Shown piece by piece: positions 20,505 through 32,000 of a DNA stretch of 32,000 nucleotides. The DNA lies in assembly GCF_000011325.1 (NCBI RefSeq), contig NC_003450.3, forward strand, positions 1,680,001 through 1,712,000. Reading direction: 5' to 3'. The first letter of the stretch is position 1. Each line of letters opens with the position of its first letter. Source of the stretch: Corynebacterium glutamicum ATCC 13032 (GTDB lineage Bacteria; Actinomycetota; Actinomycetes; Mycobacteriales; Mycobacteriaceae). The translations under genes and the position numbers were made by a program. The notes under the pieces are model-generated. The model had not been told where the DNA came from, ran no database searches, and saw only the letters and a program-made list of their open reading frames with translations.

Positions 20505-21773
20505 CTAGACTTCGCGATACGCCAGTGCCGCGTCCCAAATTTGCGCAGCAACCTCGATTTTGCTGCCGTGCTCCACATCGACTACCCCACCGTGAGCATC
20601 CAAAATCCAGCCCTCATTGTGCTTTTGCCCAAACACTTTGCCCATGCCCACCTCATTACACATGAGGAGGTCGCAGCCCTTCTTCTGCAGTTTCTTGCGC
20701 GCATACTCCAAGGCGGTGGTGTGCTCGTCTCCAGTTTCCGCAGCAAAACCCACGATGACAGGATTACTGTCCAGCTCTCCTGCTTCACGACGCTTCACCG
20801 TGGTAGCCAAAATATCCGGGTTTTCCACCAACGAGATGGTGCTCAATGCGTCTTCATCAGAATCTGAGCCCTTCTTCAACTTCGATGTCGCCTGCGATGC
20901 GGGCGTGAAATCAGCTACCGCTGCCGCCATGACGATGAAATCAGATTGGCCAGCTCGTTCCTGGACTGCATCAAACATGTCTTGTGTGGACACCACCGGC
21001 ACGATCTCTGCGCCTGCCGGAGTGGGCAGCTCCGCAGCATTTCCCGCCACGATGCTGACATGAGCACCTCGCTGTGCTGCGATTTCACCCAACGCAAAAC
21101 CTTGACGGCCCGAGGAACTATTGCCAATAAAGCGCACAGGATCAATATGCTCATGCGTGCCACCAGCAGTGATCAGCACTTTCTTGCCCGCCAAATCCTG
21201 AGGCAACCTCGCCCCGGCGTGCACCGCATTGGCTAAATCAACAATCTGCTCTGGATCCGGCAGCCGGCCAGGGCCTGTATCTTTACCGGTGAGTCGACCA
21301 TGCGCAGGCTCAATCACGGTAATCCCCCGCTGCCTCAGCGTTGCCACATTGGCTACGGTAGCCGGATTAAACCACATCTCCGTATGCATGGCCGGCGCAA
21401 TAACCACGGGGCACGTTGCCACCAGCAGCGTCGCCGCCAACAGATCGTCACCGCGACCTGCCACCACACGCGCCATCAAATCGGCTGTCGCCGGCGCAAT
21501 CACGATCAAATCAGCCTCCTGGCCAACTTTCACATGCTGCACCGAATCCACCGCATCAAACACCGTTGTAGACACCGGATTGCCAGACAACGCTTCAAAC
21601 GTCGCCTTCCCCACAAACTTCAACGCGGATTCCGTAGGAACCACCCGCACATTATCGCCCGCTTCTTTAAACGCGCGCACGATGTGACACGCCTTGTACG
21701 CTGCGATTCCGCCGGCAACACCAACAACCACGTTGCGGGGTGCGGAGGGGCTTGAAACATGAGTCATGGGCAC
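20505..21773 (-). CDS. coaBC: Bifunctional phosphopantothenoylcysteine decarboxylase / phosphopantothenate-cysteine ligase
   Basis: 422-aa ORF with an N-terminal flavoprotein domain (GVAGGIAAYKA) and a C-terminal CoaB domain. The start is either GTG at 21773 (GAAGGA 5 nt upstream) or ATG at 21767. Confidence 0.94.
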   Translation of the reverse strand: MPMTHVSSPSAPRNVVVGVAGGIAAYKACHIVRAFKEAGDNVRVVPTESALKFVGKATFEALSGNPVSTTVFDAVDSVQHVKVGQEADLIVIAPATADLMARVVAGRGDDLLAATLLVATCPVVIAPAMHTEMWFNPATVANVATLRQRGITVIEPAHGRLTGKDTGPGRLPDPEQIVDLANAVHAGARLPQDLAGKKVLITAGGTHEHIDPVRFIGNSSSGRQGFALGEIAAQRGAHVSIVAGNAAELPTPAGAEIVPVVSTQDMFDAVQERAGQSDFIVMAAAVADFTPASQATSKLKKGSDSDEDALSTISLVENPDILATTVKRREAGELDSNPVIVGFAAETGDEHTTALEYARKKLQKKGCDLLMCNEVGMGKVFGQKHNEGWILDAHGGVVDVEHGSKIEVAAQIWDAALAYREV

Positions 21774-21952
21774 AACAATCCTTCAAAGTAAGAGGCTGGC
21801 TGGGTTCCCACACACTCTACAAGATGCTTTTCGACGCCACCCCACGCTCTCCCTCGACCTCCGCTGTGCATAGGGCAGCAAGATTTCCTGATTTTGGCCA
21901 CCTTTTTGCCGAAATCTTGTTGTCTTATGTACACACGGACAAACCTGCCGCC

Positions 21953-21996
21953 AAAAATGCAAAACACCCACCGCAAGTGACAACTCGCGGTAGGTG
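21953..21996 (-). terminator. Intrinsic terminator downstream of rpoZ
   Basis: The minus strand reads CACCTACCGC-(12-nt loop)-GCGGTGGGTG, a 10-bp stem with one G-U pair, followed by TTTTGCATTTTT. It starts 33 nt after the rpoZ stop. Confidence 0.65.
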
Positions 21997-22028
21997 ATTT
22001 TTACAACTGTGTGAAGTTATAAGGTCTT

Positions 22029-22322
22029 TTAACCTTCCTCGTGGTCCAACAGACCTGCATTGATCTCACGCAGAGCAATAGAAAGTGGCTTTTCGCCTGG
22101 CTGCGGAGTAACCAATGGTCCGATGAACTCGAATACTCCCTCATCTGCCTGATGGTAGAAGCTGTTGATCTGGCGCGCACGCTTGGCTGCGAAGATCACG
22201 AGGGCGTACTTGGAAGTGACCTTATCCAGCAGTTCATCGATCGGAGGAGCGGTAATGCCCACTGGCGGATCGAAGACGGCCTTGGTGGCGTTGGTCTCGT
22301 TGCTCACGTTGGTCACTGACAC
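22029..22322 (-). CDS. rpoZ: DNA-directed RNA polymerase subunit omega
   Basis: 97-aa ORF with the conserved omega core [18 protein letters not shown] start at 22322; nearby in-frame GTG codons make the exact start uncertain. Confidence 0.9.
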   Translation of the reverse strand: MSVTNVSNETNATKAVFDPPVGITAPPIDELLDKVTSKYALVIFAAKRARQINSFYHQADEGVFEFIGPLVTPQPGEKPLSIALREINAGLLDHEEG

Positions 22323-22407
22323 CTTTTCAAAAGTATATGGACAGTAGTGTTAAGAGCGGGAAAGGTTGCTCAATCGGATAAGCATACCCTACCGCTCTAT
22401 GTTTTGG

Positions 22408-22980
22408 CTAAGCGCCGAGGAGAACATCCTCAATAGCCTTGACGGCTGTATCCACATCATCATTGATAATGACGTGCTTAAATTCGCTCTGAGCAGCCAA
22501 TTCTTCGCGTGCGGTCTCGAGCCTGCGAGCAATAACGTCTTCGCTTTCGGTGCCACGTCCAGTGAGGCGTTCAACCAAAACTTCCCATGAAGGTGGAGCA
22601 AGGAAGATGGTTTCTGCATCTGGAATTAAGCTAGCGATGTTTCGGGCTCCTGCAAGATCAACCTCAACCAATACTGGCCGACCATTTTGGCGAGCCTCAT
22701 TGACGGGACCTGCTGGAGTGCCTGAACGCTGCAAACCGCCGTGGATATCTGCCCATTCAAGCATCTCTCCACAGTCGATTTTGTCCTGAAATTCCTGTGC
22801 AGTGACATAGAAGTAGTCACGTCCATCGACTTCACCAGGACGAGGTGCCCTAGTGGTCATCGACACACTGAAATACAGGTTTGGAACGTCATTGCGGAGG
22901 CGATCAACCACAGTCGATTTACCGACCGCTGAGGGGCCCGCAAGAATTACGAGCCGTCCTAGTTGGTTATCGCCCGACAC
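22408..22980 (-). CDS. gmk: Guanylate kinase
   Basis: P-loop GPSAVGKST and the guanylate kinase fold are present. The track ORF (to 23109) overlaps mihF by 122 nt. I chose the GTG at 22980, 7 nt after the mihF stop, which gives 190 aa. An upstream GTG at 23037 (209 aa) is an alternative. Confidence 0.9.
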   Translation of the reverse strand: MSGDNQLGRLVILAGPSAVGKSTVVDRLRNDVPNLYFSVSMTTRAPRPGEVDGRDYFYVTAQEFQDKIDCGEMLEWADIHGGLQRSGTPAGPVNEARQNGRPVLVEVDLAGARNIASLIPDAETIFLAPPSWEVLVERLTGRGTESEDVIARRLETAREELAAQSEFKHVIINDDVDTAVKAIEDVLLGA

Positions 22981-22987
22981 TGAAGAA

Positions 22988-23308
22988 TTAATCCTCGAAG
23001 CCGAAACGCTCGAGAAGTGCGCGACGCTGACGGTCACCCAGTCCACGAAGACGACGGGTCTGAGCAATGCCCAGCTCGTCCATAATCTCCTTTGCCTTGA
23101 CCTTGCCAACCTTAGGGAGAGCCTCGAGGAGAGCGGAGACCTTGGTCTTGCCGATGATCTCGTCAGACTCAGCCTTGTCCAGAACTTCCCTGAGGTTAGT
23201 GTTGCCGCGCTTCAGGTTCTCTTTGAGCTCTGCGCGTGCCTTGCGTGCCTCTGCTGCCTTAGCAAGCGCTGCCTTGCGCTGCTCATCAGTCAACTGTGGA
23301 AGGGCCAC
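22988..23308 (-). CDS. mihF: Actinobacterial integration host factor (MihF-type nucleoid-associated protein)
   Basis: 106-aa basic protein ([29 protein letters not shown]...) with a C-terminal HhH-like region. ATG is preceded by ACGGAGGAA. The conserved mihF-gmk-rpoZ order is present. Confidence 0.9.
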   Translation of the reverse strand: MALPQLTDEQRKAALAKAAEARKARAELKENLKRGNTNLREVLDKAESDEIIGKTKVSALLEALPKVGKVKAKEIMDELGIAQTRRLRGLGDRQRRALLERFGFED

Positions 23309-23513
23309 GGGGTTCCTCCGTTATCGTGTGGTTTTTAGTGACAAAAGGAATACCAAAGTATCCAGAAATCGAGGGTACACCTGGTTAATACCAAGGATGT
23401 CAGCCTGCGATTTTCGAATAGTCTAGCACTACTTTCGCAAACACAAAGGTGGCAGAACCCCTAAAAGCTAAACCTGCAGGTCACAGGCTTGCAATTAAGG
23501 GCCGTTTCCGCGA

Positions 23514-24350
23514 CTATGACCTGGGGAAACCAGGAAAGTCTGCAGCATTTTTTGCCACAGAATTCTTCATTTCAGCGATATCTGGGCCTGTCGCCAAAAT
23601 ACTTCTAGAGACATTTGGGAATGCAAGATGAGCCATGTCTCCCGCAATCTCATCAACGTCGCTTGCCGTGCCGCCCTGGGCGCCGACGCCGGGCATCAAA
23701 ATGGCGCCCCCGAGCGTCGATAAGCGTGGTGGTTTGGACAAGGTGGCGCCGATGACGACGCCAATGTTGCCAGCCTTGCCCTGGGCCATATAAGGCGCGT
23801 TAAGCGCCGCTGCCTGATCCACGATCTGCTGGGAAATGCTCACGCCGTCAGCGTTTTGCTGGTCCTGGAGTTCGCGGGCCTCAGGGTTTGAGGTCGCGGC
23901 CAAGACAAACACTCCCCTGCCGTGTTGCTCGGCAAGTTCGAACACTGGGTCCAAGGAATGAAAACCAAGGTAGGGAGAGACCGTCACAGCGTCGCTAGAC
24001 AGCGGTGACGCTGGATCTAACCACGCTGAGGCATAGCCAGCCATGGTGGAGCCAATATCGCCGCGTTTGGCGTCAGAGACCACCAAACAGCCACGCTCAC
24101 GCAGCGTCTGAATGGTTTCTTCCAAGATGGCAAAGCCAGCGGAACCGAAACGCTCATAGAACGCCACCTGAGGCTTCACCAATGCCACGGTGTCGGCGAA
24201 AGCCTCCACGCAGGCGCGGGAGAACTCCGCAAGTCCGTCTACGTTTACCGGCAGCCCCCAGGACGTCAGCAGGCTTTCGTGGGGATCAATGCCCACGCAT
24301 AGCCTGCCACGGGTGGAGGCGGCGTTCAGAAGCTTCTCGCCGAATGTCAT
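23514..24350 (-). CDS. pyrF: Orotidine-5'-phosphate decarboxylase (long, type 2)
   Basis: 278-aa ORF with the VGIDPH and DAKRGDIG motifs. ATG lies 5 nt after the carB stop. Confidence 0.95.
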   Translation of the reverse strand: MTFGEKLLNAASTRGRLCVGIDPHESLLTSWGLPVNVDGLAEFSRACVEAFADTVALVKPQVAFYERFGSAGFAILEETIQTLRERGCLVVSDAKRGDIGSTMAGYASAWLDPASPLSSDAVTVSPYLGFHSLDPVFELAEQHGRGVFVLAATSNPEARELQDQQNADGVSISQQIVDQAAALNAPYMAQGKAGNIGVVIGATLSKPPRLSTLGGAILMPGVGAQGGTASDVDEIAGDMAHLAFPNVSRSILATGPDIAEMKNSVAKNAADFPGFPRS

Positions 24351-24355
24351 AGGGC

Positions 24356-27697
<3,342 letters not shown>

Positions 27698-27702
27698 GTT
27701 AT

Positions 27703-28884
27703 TTATGCGCCTTTCTTCTGAGCGTCTGCATCCATCAGCTCAACAAACTGGTCAAACAGGGGGCTTGCATCATTTGGGCCGGCAGCGGCCTCTGGGTGGT
27801 ACTGAACGGAGTATGCGCGTCCGGACTTCAGCGCAATACCTTCAACGACGCCGTCGTTGAGGCAGGTGTGGGTGACAATTGCAGTGCCGAAATCGGTCTC
27901 GAATTCCTGGCCTGCTTCACCCTTGAGTGCGAAGCCGTGGTTCTGGGCGGTGATGTCGATCTTGCCGGTGATGTGGTTCTTCACTGGAACGTTGATGCCG
28001 CGGTGGCCGAACTTCAGCTTGTAGGTCTCCATGCCGAATGCGCGGCCAAGAATCTGGTTGCCGAAGCAGATGCCAAAGAATGGAATGTCGGCTTCAAGAA
28101 CTTCGCGGACGATATCAACCATGACGTCTGCTGCTGCAGGATCGCCAGGGCCGTTGGAGATGAACACGCCTGATGGGTTGTACTGCTTGATATCCTCGAA
28201 TGGGGTTTCAGCAGGCACGATGACGGTGCGAACACCGCGTGCAGAGAAACGACGTGGGGTGTTTTGCTTAATGCCCAGGTCGTAGGCCACGACGGTGTGG
28301 CGCTCTTCGCCTTCAGCTTCGATGACGTAGGTTTCATCAGCAGAGACCTCAACGGAGAGGTTTGCGCCGGTCATTGCTGGCTGATTCTTGACGATCTCTA
28401 CGAGTTCTTCAACTGGGCGCTGTGCGTCAGCGCCGGAGAAGATGCCCGCTGCAATGGAACCTTCATTGCGCAGGTGGCGAACCAGTGCGCGGGTGTCGAT
28501 TCCGCCGATGCCGACGATGCCCTGGCCTGCCATTTCCTGCTGCAAGGAGGTGGTGGCGCGCCAGTTGGACACACGTGCTGCGAGGTCGCGGATAACAAGG
28601 CCTGCAACCCAAATCTTGCCGTCGCGGGACTCGTTGTCCTCATCGTTCCAGCCGGTGTTGCCGATCTGTGGTGCGGTAGCCACAACAATCTGGCGGTGAT
28701 AGGAAGGATCGGTCATGGTTTCTTGGTAACCGGTCATGGCGGTAGTGAACACTGCCTCACCAAGGGTGGTGCCGATAGCTCCAAAGCCAAATCCGGTGAA
28801 GGTACGTCCGTCTGCAAGAACCAGGTATGCCGGAACGGATCCGATCTCGGTGACTCCCTGGTAGGTGGTGGTGTCTTTACTCAC
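27703..28884 (-). CDS. carA: Carbamoyl-phosphate synthase small (glutamine amidotransferase) subunit
   Basis: 393-aa ORF with the GATase catalytic Cys context FGICFGNQ and the C-terminal YHPE (...VQYHPEAA). GTG start at 28884. The nearest SD-like GAAAGG is rather far away (14 nt), so the start is not certain. Confidence 0.94.
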   Translation of the reverse strand: MSKDTTTYQGVTEIGSVPAYLVLADGRTFTGFGFGAIGTTLGEAVFTTAMTGYQETMTDPSYHRQIVVATAPQIGNTGWNDEDNESRDGKIWVAGLVIRDLAARVSNWRATTSLQQEMAGQGIVGIGGIDTRALVRHLRNEGSIAAGIFSGADAQRPVEELVEIVKNQPAMTGANLSVEVSADETYVIEAEGEERHTVVAYDLGIKQNTPRRFSARGVRTVIVPAETPFEDIKQYNPSGVFISNGPGDPAAADVMVDIVREVLEADIPFFGICFGNQILGRAFGMETYKLKFGHRGINVPVKNHITGKIDITAQNHGFALKGEAGQEFETDFGTAIVTHTCLNDGVVEGIALKSGRAYSVQYHPEAAAGPNDASPLFDQFVELMDADAQKKGA

Positions 28885-28966
28885 GGTGACTGTTGTCGCC
28901 TTTCGTGTGTCTGCCTTTTTAAAAGAAATTGGCTGGTTGATAACCCTGAATGTAGTTTATTCAATT

Positions 28967-29006
28967 CATTGCATTATATGCAATGTGGCGCGTGCATACT
29001 ATGCAC
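28967..29006. promoter_or_regulatory. Two adjacent palindromes of the type TGCAT-Nx-ATGCA in the pyrC-carA spacer. The first carries TATAAT on the coding strand.
   Basis: Positions 28967-28985 read cattgcat-tat-atgcaatg (8-bp arms). Positions 28992-29006 read gtgcata-c-tatgcac (7-bp arms). The minus strand of 28973-28978 reads TATAAT, 89 nt upstream of the carA GTG. Confidence 0.4.
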
Positions 29007-29013
29007 CCACCCG

Positions 29014-30357
29014 TTAAGCGTTTTGTGCAACTCCGTCTGCACAAGTCACCTTGCCACGAAGCACGGTGTGTGTGACCTTGGCACTGAATTCTTGGCCCTC
29101 AAATGGGGTATTTTCAGCCTTGGACGCAAAGTCTGCACCGGATGCTGTCCAGGTTTTTCCTGGATCAACAATCGCGAGGTTTGCTGGCTCACCTTCTGCG
29201 ATTGGGCGACCCTGGCCTGGTAGACGGGTGATTTCTGCTGGGCGTTCACTCATCACGCGCGCAACAAAGCGCCAGTCTGCAAGTCCGGTGGCAACGAAGG
29301 TGTCCACGATGATGGACAGTGAGGTTTCCAATCCGAGCATGCCTGGCTTGGCGTTTTCGAATTCACAGCACTTATCTTCGGAACCGTGAGGAGCGTGGTC
29401 GGTTGCAACAACATCGATGGTGCCGTCGAGAAGCGCCTTCTTGAGCGCTTCGGCATCGCGGCTTTCGCGCAGTGGCGGATTGACTTTGTTGACCGCGTCG
29501 TAGGTTTCCAGGCGCTCATCGGTCAAGGTGAGGTGGTGCGGGGTGACTTCCGCGGTGATTGGAATGCCCTGGGACTTAGCCCAACGAAGCAACTCCACGG
29601 TGCCTTCAGTGGAGGCGTGGCAGATGTGCACGCGGTTGCCGTAGTCACGAGCCATGATGGCATCGCGCACCACGATGGATTCCTCAGCCACACGTGGCCA
29701 GCCGCGCAGACCCAGACGAGCTGCGTTTTCACCCTCGTGTGCTGAAGCGCCCTCAGTCAGGCGGTGATCCTCAGCGTGCTGGGCGATCAAAACGTCCATG
29801 CCCTTGGCGTATTCCAGCGCGCGGCGCATGACCTGAGGATCATCGACGCACTTGCCATCATCAGAGAACATGCGCACCTTGGCTTCAGAGCGAGCCATCA
29901 TGCCGAACTCAGTAAGCTCCTTGCCCTCAAGACCCTTGGTGATGGATCCAACTGGATGCACGTCGCACAGGCCAATGTTTTGGCCCTTGAACCATACGGA
30001 TTCCGCGATAACCGGCTGATCCATCACTGGAGTGGTGTTCGCCATGGTGAATACTGCGGTGAATCCGCCCTTGGCTGCGGCGGCAGAACCAGTGGCAATG
30101 GTTTCAGTGTCTTCGCGGCCTGGCTCACGCAGGTGAACGTGCATGTCCACGAAACCTGGAAGGAGAACTCCCCCATTGCCGTCGATGGTGCGGTCAGCCT
30201 CATGAGTGCCGCCGATAGCTGCGATCACACCATCTTTAACAAACACATTCGTTGGCTCGCCTTCGCCGTAGACCAAAACGTTGCTGATTAGGAGTGAGTC
30301 TGCAGGAGCCGGTGCCAGTGCGCCGGTTTCTGGATACTGGGTGTTGCTGTCAACCAC
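29014..30357 (-). CDS. pyrC: Dihydroorotase
   Basis: 447-aa ORF with the metal-binding [10 protein letters not shown] motif and a later HxH/Asp ligand pattern. GTG start at 30357 is preceded by GAGGGA. Confidence 0.95.
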
Positions 30358-30389
30358 TTCTTTAATCCCTCGTTACCTTTTCTAGAATT

Positions 30390-30431
30390 TCGCGATCAGA
30401 TGGTCGCGATTAGATAGTCGCGTCAGAGCCT
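30390..30431. repeat. 14-bp tandem repeat (about 2.7 copies), each unit carrying TCGCGA, spanning the pyrB stop codon
   Basis: The units are tcgcgatcagatgg (30390-30403), tcgcgattagatag (30404-30417) and tcgcg-tcagagcc (30418 onward, degenerate). The pyrB TAA is the reverse complement of 30410-30412. Confidence 0.8.
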
Positions 30432-31348
30432 GCGACCAGGGCGAACAAAATGGCCATGCGCATGTGCACACCGTTGCTTACCTGCTGCAGTACCGCGGTG
30501 CGTGGTGCGTCTGCCACCTGGAAGTTAATTTCCATGCCACGAAGCATGGGGCCGGGGTGCATGATGATGGCGGAGTCCTTGAGGCGAGCTTCGCGCTCTT
30601 TGGACATGCCGTACAGCGTTGCGTACTCACGGTGTGAGGGGAAGAAACCACCCTGCATGCGTTCTTGCTGAACGCGCAGCATCATCACTACGTCGGCGTC
30701 GGCAATTTCTGCGTCCATGTCGTAGGAGAATCGGACTGGCCAGTTCTCCACACCAATAGGAAGCAGTGTCGGAGGAGCAACCAGCACTACCTCTGCGCCC
30801 AAAGTGGACAGCAGATCCACATTGGAGCGCACCACCCGGGAGTGCAAACAGTCGCCCACGATGACAACTTTGAGTCCCTCAATGCGGCCGGTGCGCTGCC
30901 GGATGGTTAAAGCGTCGAGAAGCGCCTGGGTGGGGTGCTGGTGCGAACCGTCACCCGCGTTGATCACGCTGGGGCCGTTGCCACCTGGTGCGACGAACTG
31001 CGCAAGCTGCTGCGCGGCGCCTGAGGCTGGGTGGCGCATGATGATCGCATCCGCGCCGATTGCCGACAAAGTCAAGCCGGTATCTTTCAGCGACTCGCCC
31101 TTCTTCACGCTGGATGATGAGGCCGAAATGTTAATCACATCGGCGCTCATCCACTTTCCTGCGGTTTCAAAGGACGAACGGGTGCGCGTGGAGTTCTCAT
31201 AGAACAAGGTAAAAATGGTGCGACCACGCAGCGTGGGCAGCTTCTTTACTTCACGTCCTTCGAGCACCTCCTTAAAGCGATCCGCTTCATCCAGCAATCC
31301 AACAATCTCATCTTTGGAAAGATCGCTAATGGATAGGAGGTGCTTCAT
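30410..31348 (-). CDS. pyrB: Aspartate carbamoyltransferase catalytic subunit
   Basis: 312-aa ORF with the STRTR and HPTQ (HQHPTQAL) motifs. Its ATG directly abuts the pyrR TAG. Confidence 0.97.
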   Translation of the reverse strand: MKHLLSISDLSKDEIVGLLDEADRFKEVLEGREVKKLPTLRGRTIFTLFYENSTRTRSSFETAGKWMSADVINISASSSSVKKGESLKDTGLTLSAIGADAIIMRHPASGAAQQLAQFVAPGGNGPSVINAGDGSHQHPTQALLDALTIRQRTGRIEGLKVVIVGDCLHSRVVRSNVDLLSTLGAEVVLVAPPTLLPIGVENWPVRFSYDMDAEIADADVVMMLRVQQERMQGGFFPSHREYATLYGMSKEREARLKDSAIIMHPGPMLRGMEINFQVADAPRTAVLQQVSNGVHMRMAILFALVAGSDATI

Positions 31349-31927
31349 CTAGGAATCCCCTTCAGAGTCTTCTCGGGTGAGCGTGACTGCATCGCGGCCG
31401 TCGATTTCTGTAAGCATGACGGAAACGTCTTCCGCGCGTGCGGTGGGGAGATTTTTGCCCACATAGTCAGCGCGAATGGGCAGCTGGCGATGACCGCGGT
31501 CAACCAACACAGCTAACTGGATGTAGTTGGGGCGTCCAACGTCGCGCAAAGCATCAAGTGCAGCGCGGATGGTACGACCGGAAAACAGCACATCATCCAC
31601 CAAAATCACGGTGGTGTTATCGATACCACCTGCTGGAATAGAGGTGGGCTGCAGTGCGCGGTGTGGTTTGTTTCGAAGATCATCCCTGTACAAGGTGATA
31701 TCAACAGCGCCGGTATCTACCGAAACGCCGGAAAATTCTTCGATCTTTTCAGCGAGCCTACGGGCCAATGGGACTCCACCTGAGGGAATACCTAACAACA
31801 TGACCCGATCCGCGTCTTTGGAATCAAGCGCGGTTTTCTCAATAATCTGGTGCGCGATGCGTGCGATGGTACGGCTGACGTCGTCCTCATTAAGGAGTTC
31901 TAGTACAGCACTATTACGTTCGCTCAT
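31349..31927 (-). CDS. pyrR: Bifunctional pyrimidine operon regulator / uracil phosphoribosyltransferase PyrR
   Basis: The track ORF (to 31984) is trimmed to the ATG at 31927 ([12 protein letters not shown]...), preceded by GGAAGGAGGTCACG. This gives 192 aa. The PRPP-binding motif [13 protein letters not shown] is present. Confidence 0.94.
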   Translation of the reverse strand: MSERNSAVLELLNEDDVSRTIARIAHQIIEKTALDSKDADRVMLLGIPSGGVPLARRLAEKIEEFSGVSVDTGAVDITLYRDDLRNKPHRALQPTSIPAGGIDNTTVILVDDVLFSGRTIRAALDALRDVGRPNYIQLAVLVDRGHRQLPIRADYVGKNLPTARAEDVSVMLTEIDGRDAVTLTREDSEGDS

Positions 31928-31934
31928 CGTGACC

Positions 31935-31969
31935 TCCTTCCCCGCCTCTCTGTGCGGTCCGTTAAAGGA
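31935..31969 (-). promoter_or_regulatory. PyrR binding-loop-like RNA hairpin that pairs the pyrR Shine-Dalgarno sequence with an upstream anti-SD
   Basis: The minus strand reads CAUCCUUUAACGGACCGCACAGAGAGGCGGGGAAGGAGGUCACG-AUG. The upper stem CCGC/GCGG encloses the loop ACAGAGAG; compare the conserved CAGAGAGG core of PyrR binding loops. The lower stem UCCUU/AAGGA sequesters the SD. Confidence 0.6.
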
Positions 31970-32000
31970 TGTCCAATTTTGCAAAAACTCTGCAACGACC

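Noticed and set aside
21764-21997. Small ORFs (66, 70 and 85 aa) filling the 255-bp rpoZ-coaBC spacer
   Set aside because: The minus-strand ORFs begin inside or immediately after the rpoZ terminator and run into the coaBC start. The plus-strand ORF opposes the direction of every real gene here. None has an SD. The spacer is better explained as the rpoZ terminator plus the coaBC promoter.
28951-28990. Possible ArgR (ARG-box) site in TTTATTCAATTCATTGCATTATATGCAATG upstream of carA
   Set aside because: TGAAT/ATTCA-like pentamers are present, but as direct rather than inverted repeats. No 18-bp TnTGAAT-w4-ATTCAnA palindrome can be aligned. The TGCAT palindromes explain the symmetry better.
28264-29223. 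A 319-aa plus-strand ORF spanning the carA 5' end, the pyrC-carA spacer and the pyrC 3' end
   Set aside because: It is antisense to two conserved enzymes and runs straight through an AT-rich regulatory spacer. The predicted protein is Cys/Gly-rich with no domain signature. I treat it as a shadow ORF.

Overview
All 29 coding sequences I can support lie on the minus strand. They form a dense block of core metabolism and housekeeping genes. From memory (no search was possible), the gene order and protein sequences match the Corynebacterium glutamicum chromosome. Right to left in the window, which is the direction of transcription, the order is: pyrR-pyrB-pyrC-carA-carB-pyrF, mihF-gmk-rpoZ, coaBC, metK, priA, def-fmt-rsmB-rpe-ribD-ribE-ribBA-ribH, a PH-domain membrane protein, uvrC-rapZ-yvcK-whiA, gapA-pgk-tpiA, and the first 47 codons of ppc. 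Non-coding DNA is limited to about a dozen short spacers; the largest is 488 bp, between whiA and gapA. I found no tRNA or rRNA genes, IS or phage genes, CRISPR array, toxin-antitoxin or defence-like genes. No spacer is large enough to hide an unannotated protein-coding system. I therefore do not claim a novel multi-gene system here. What remains unexplained is small and non-coding: (1) the 9-mer TGCAATGTG recurs in the spacers upstream of pgk, gapA and carA; (2) twin TGCAT/ATGCA palindromes carry an embedded TATAAT inside the pyr operon; (3) the strong hairpin after whiA has a perfect TGTGA-N6-TCACA (CRP/GlxR-type) core; (4) a 16-bp perfect palindrome sits upstream of gapA; (5) two short tandem repeats straddle the tpiA and pyrB stop codons. 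At the protein level, the PriA homologue lacks recognisable Walker A, DExH and arginine-finger motifs. Expected regulatory elements are visible in the sequence: a McbR-type operator upstream of metK, a PyrR binding loop that sequesters the pyrR Shine-Dalgarno sequence, and intrinsic terminators after gapA and rpoZ.
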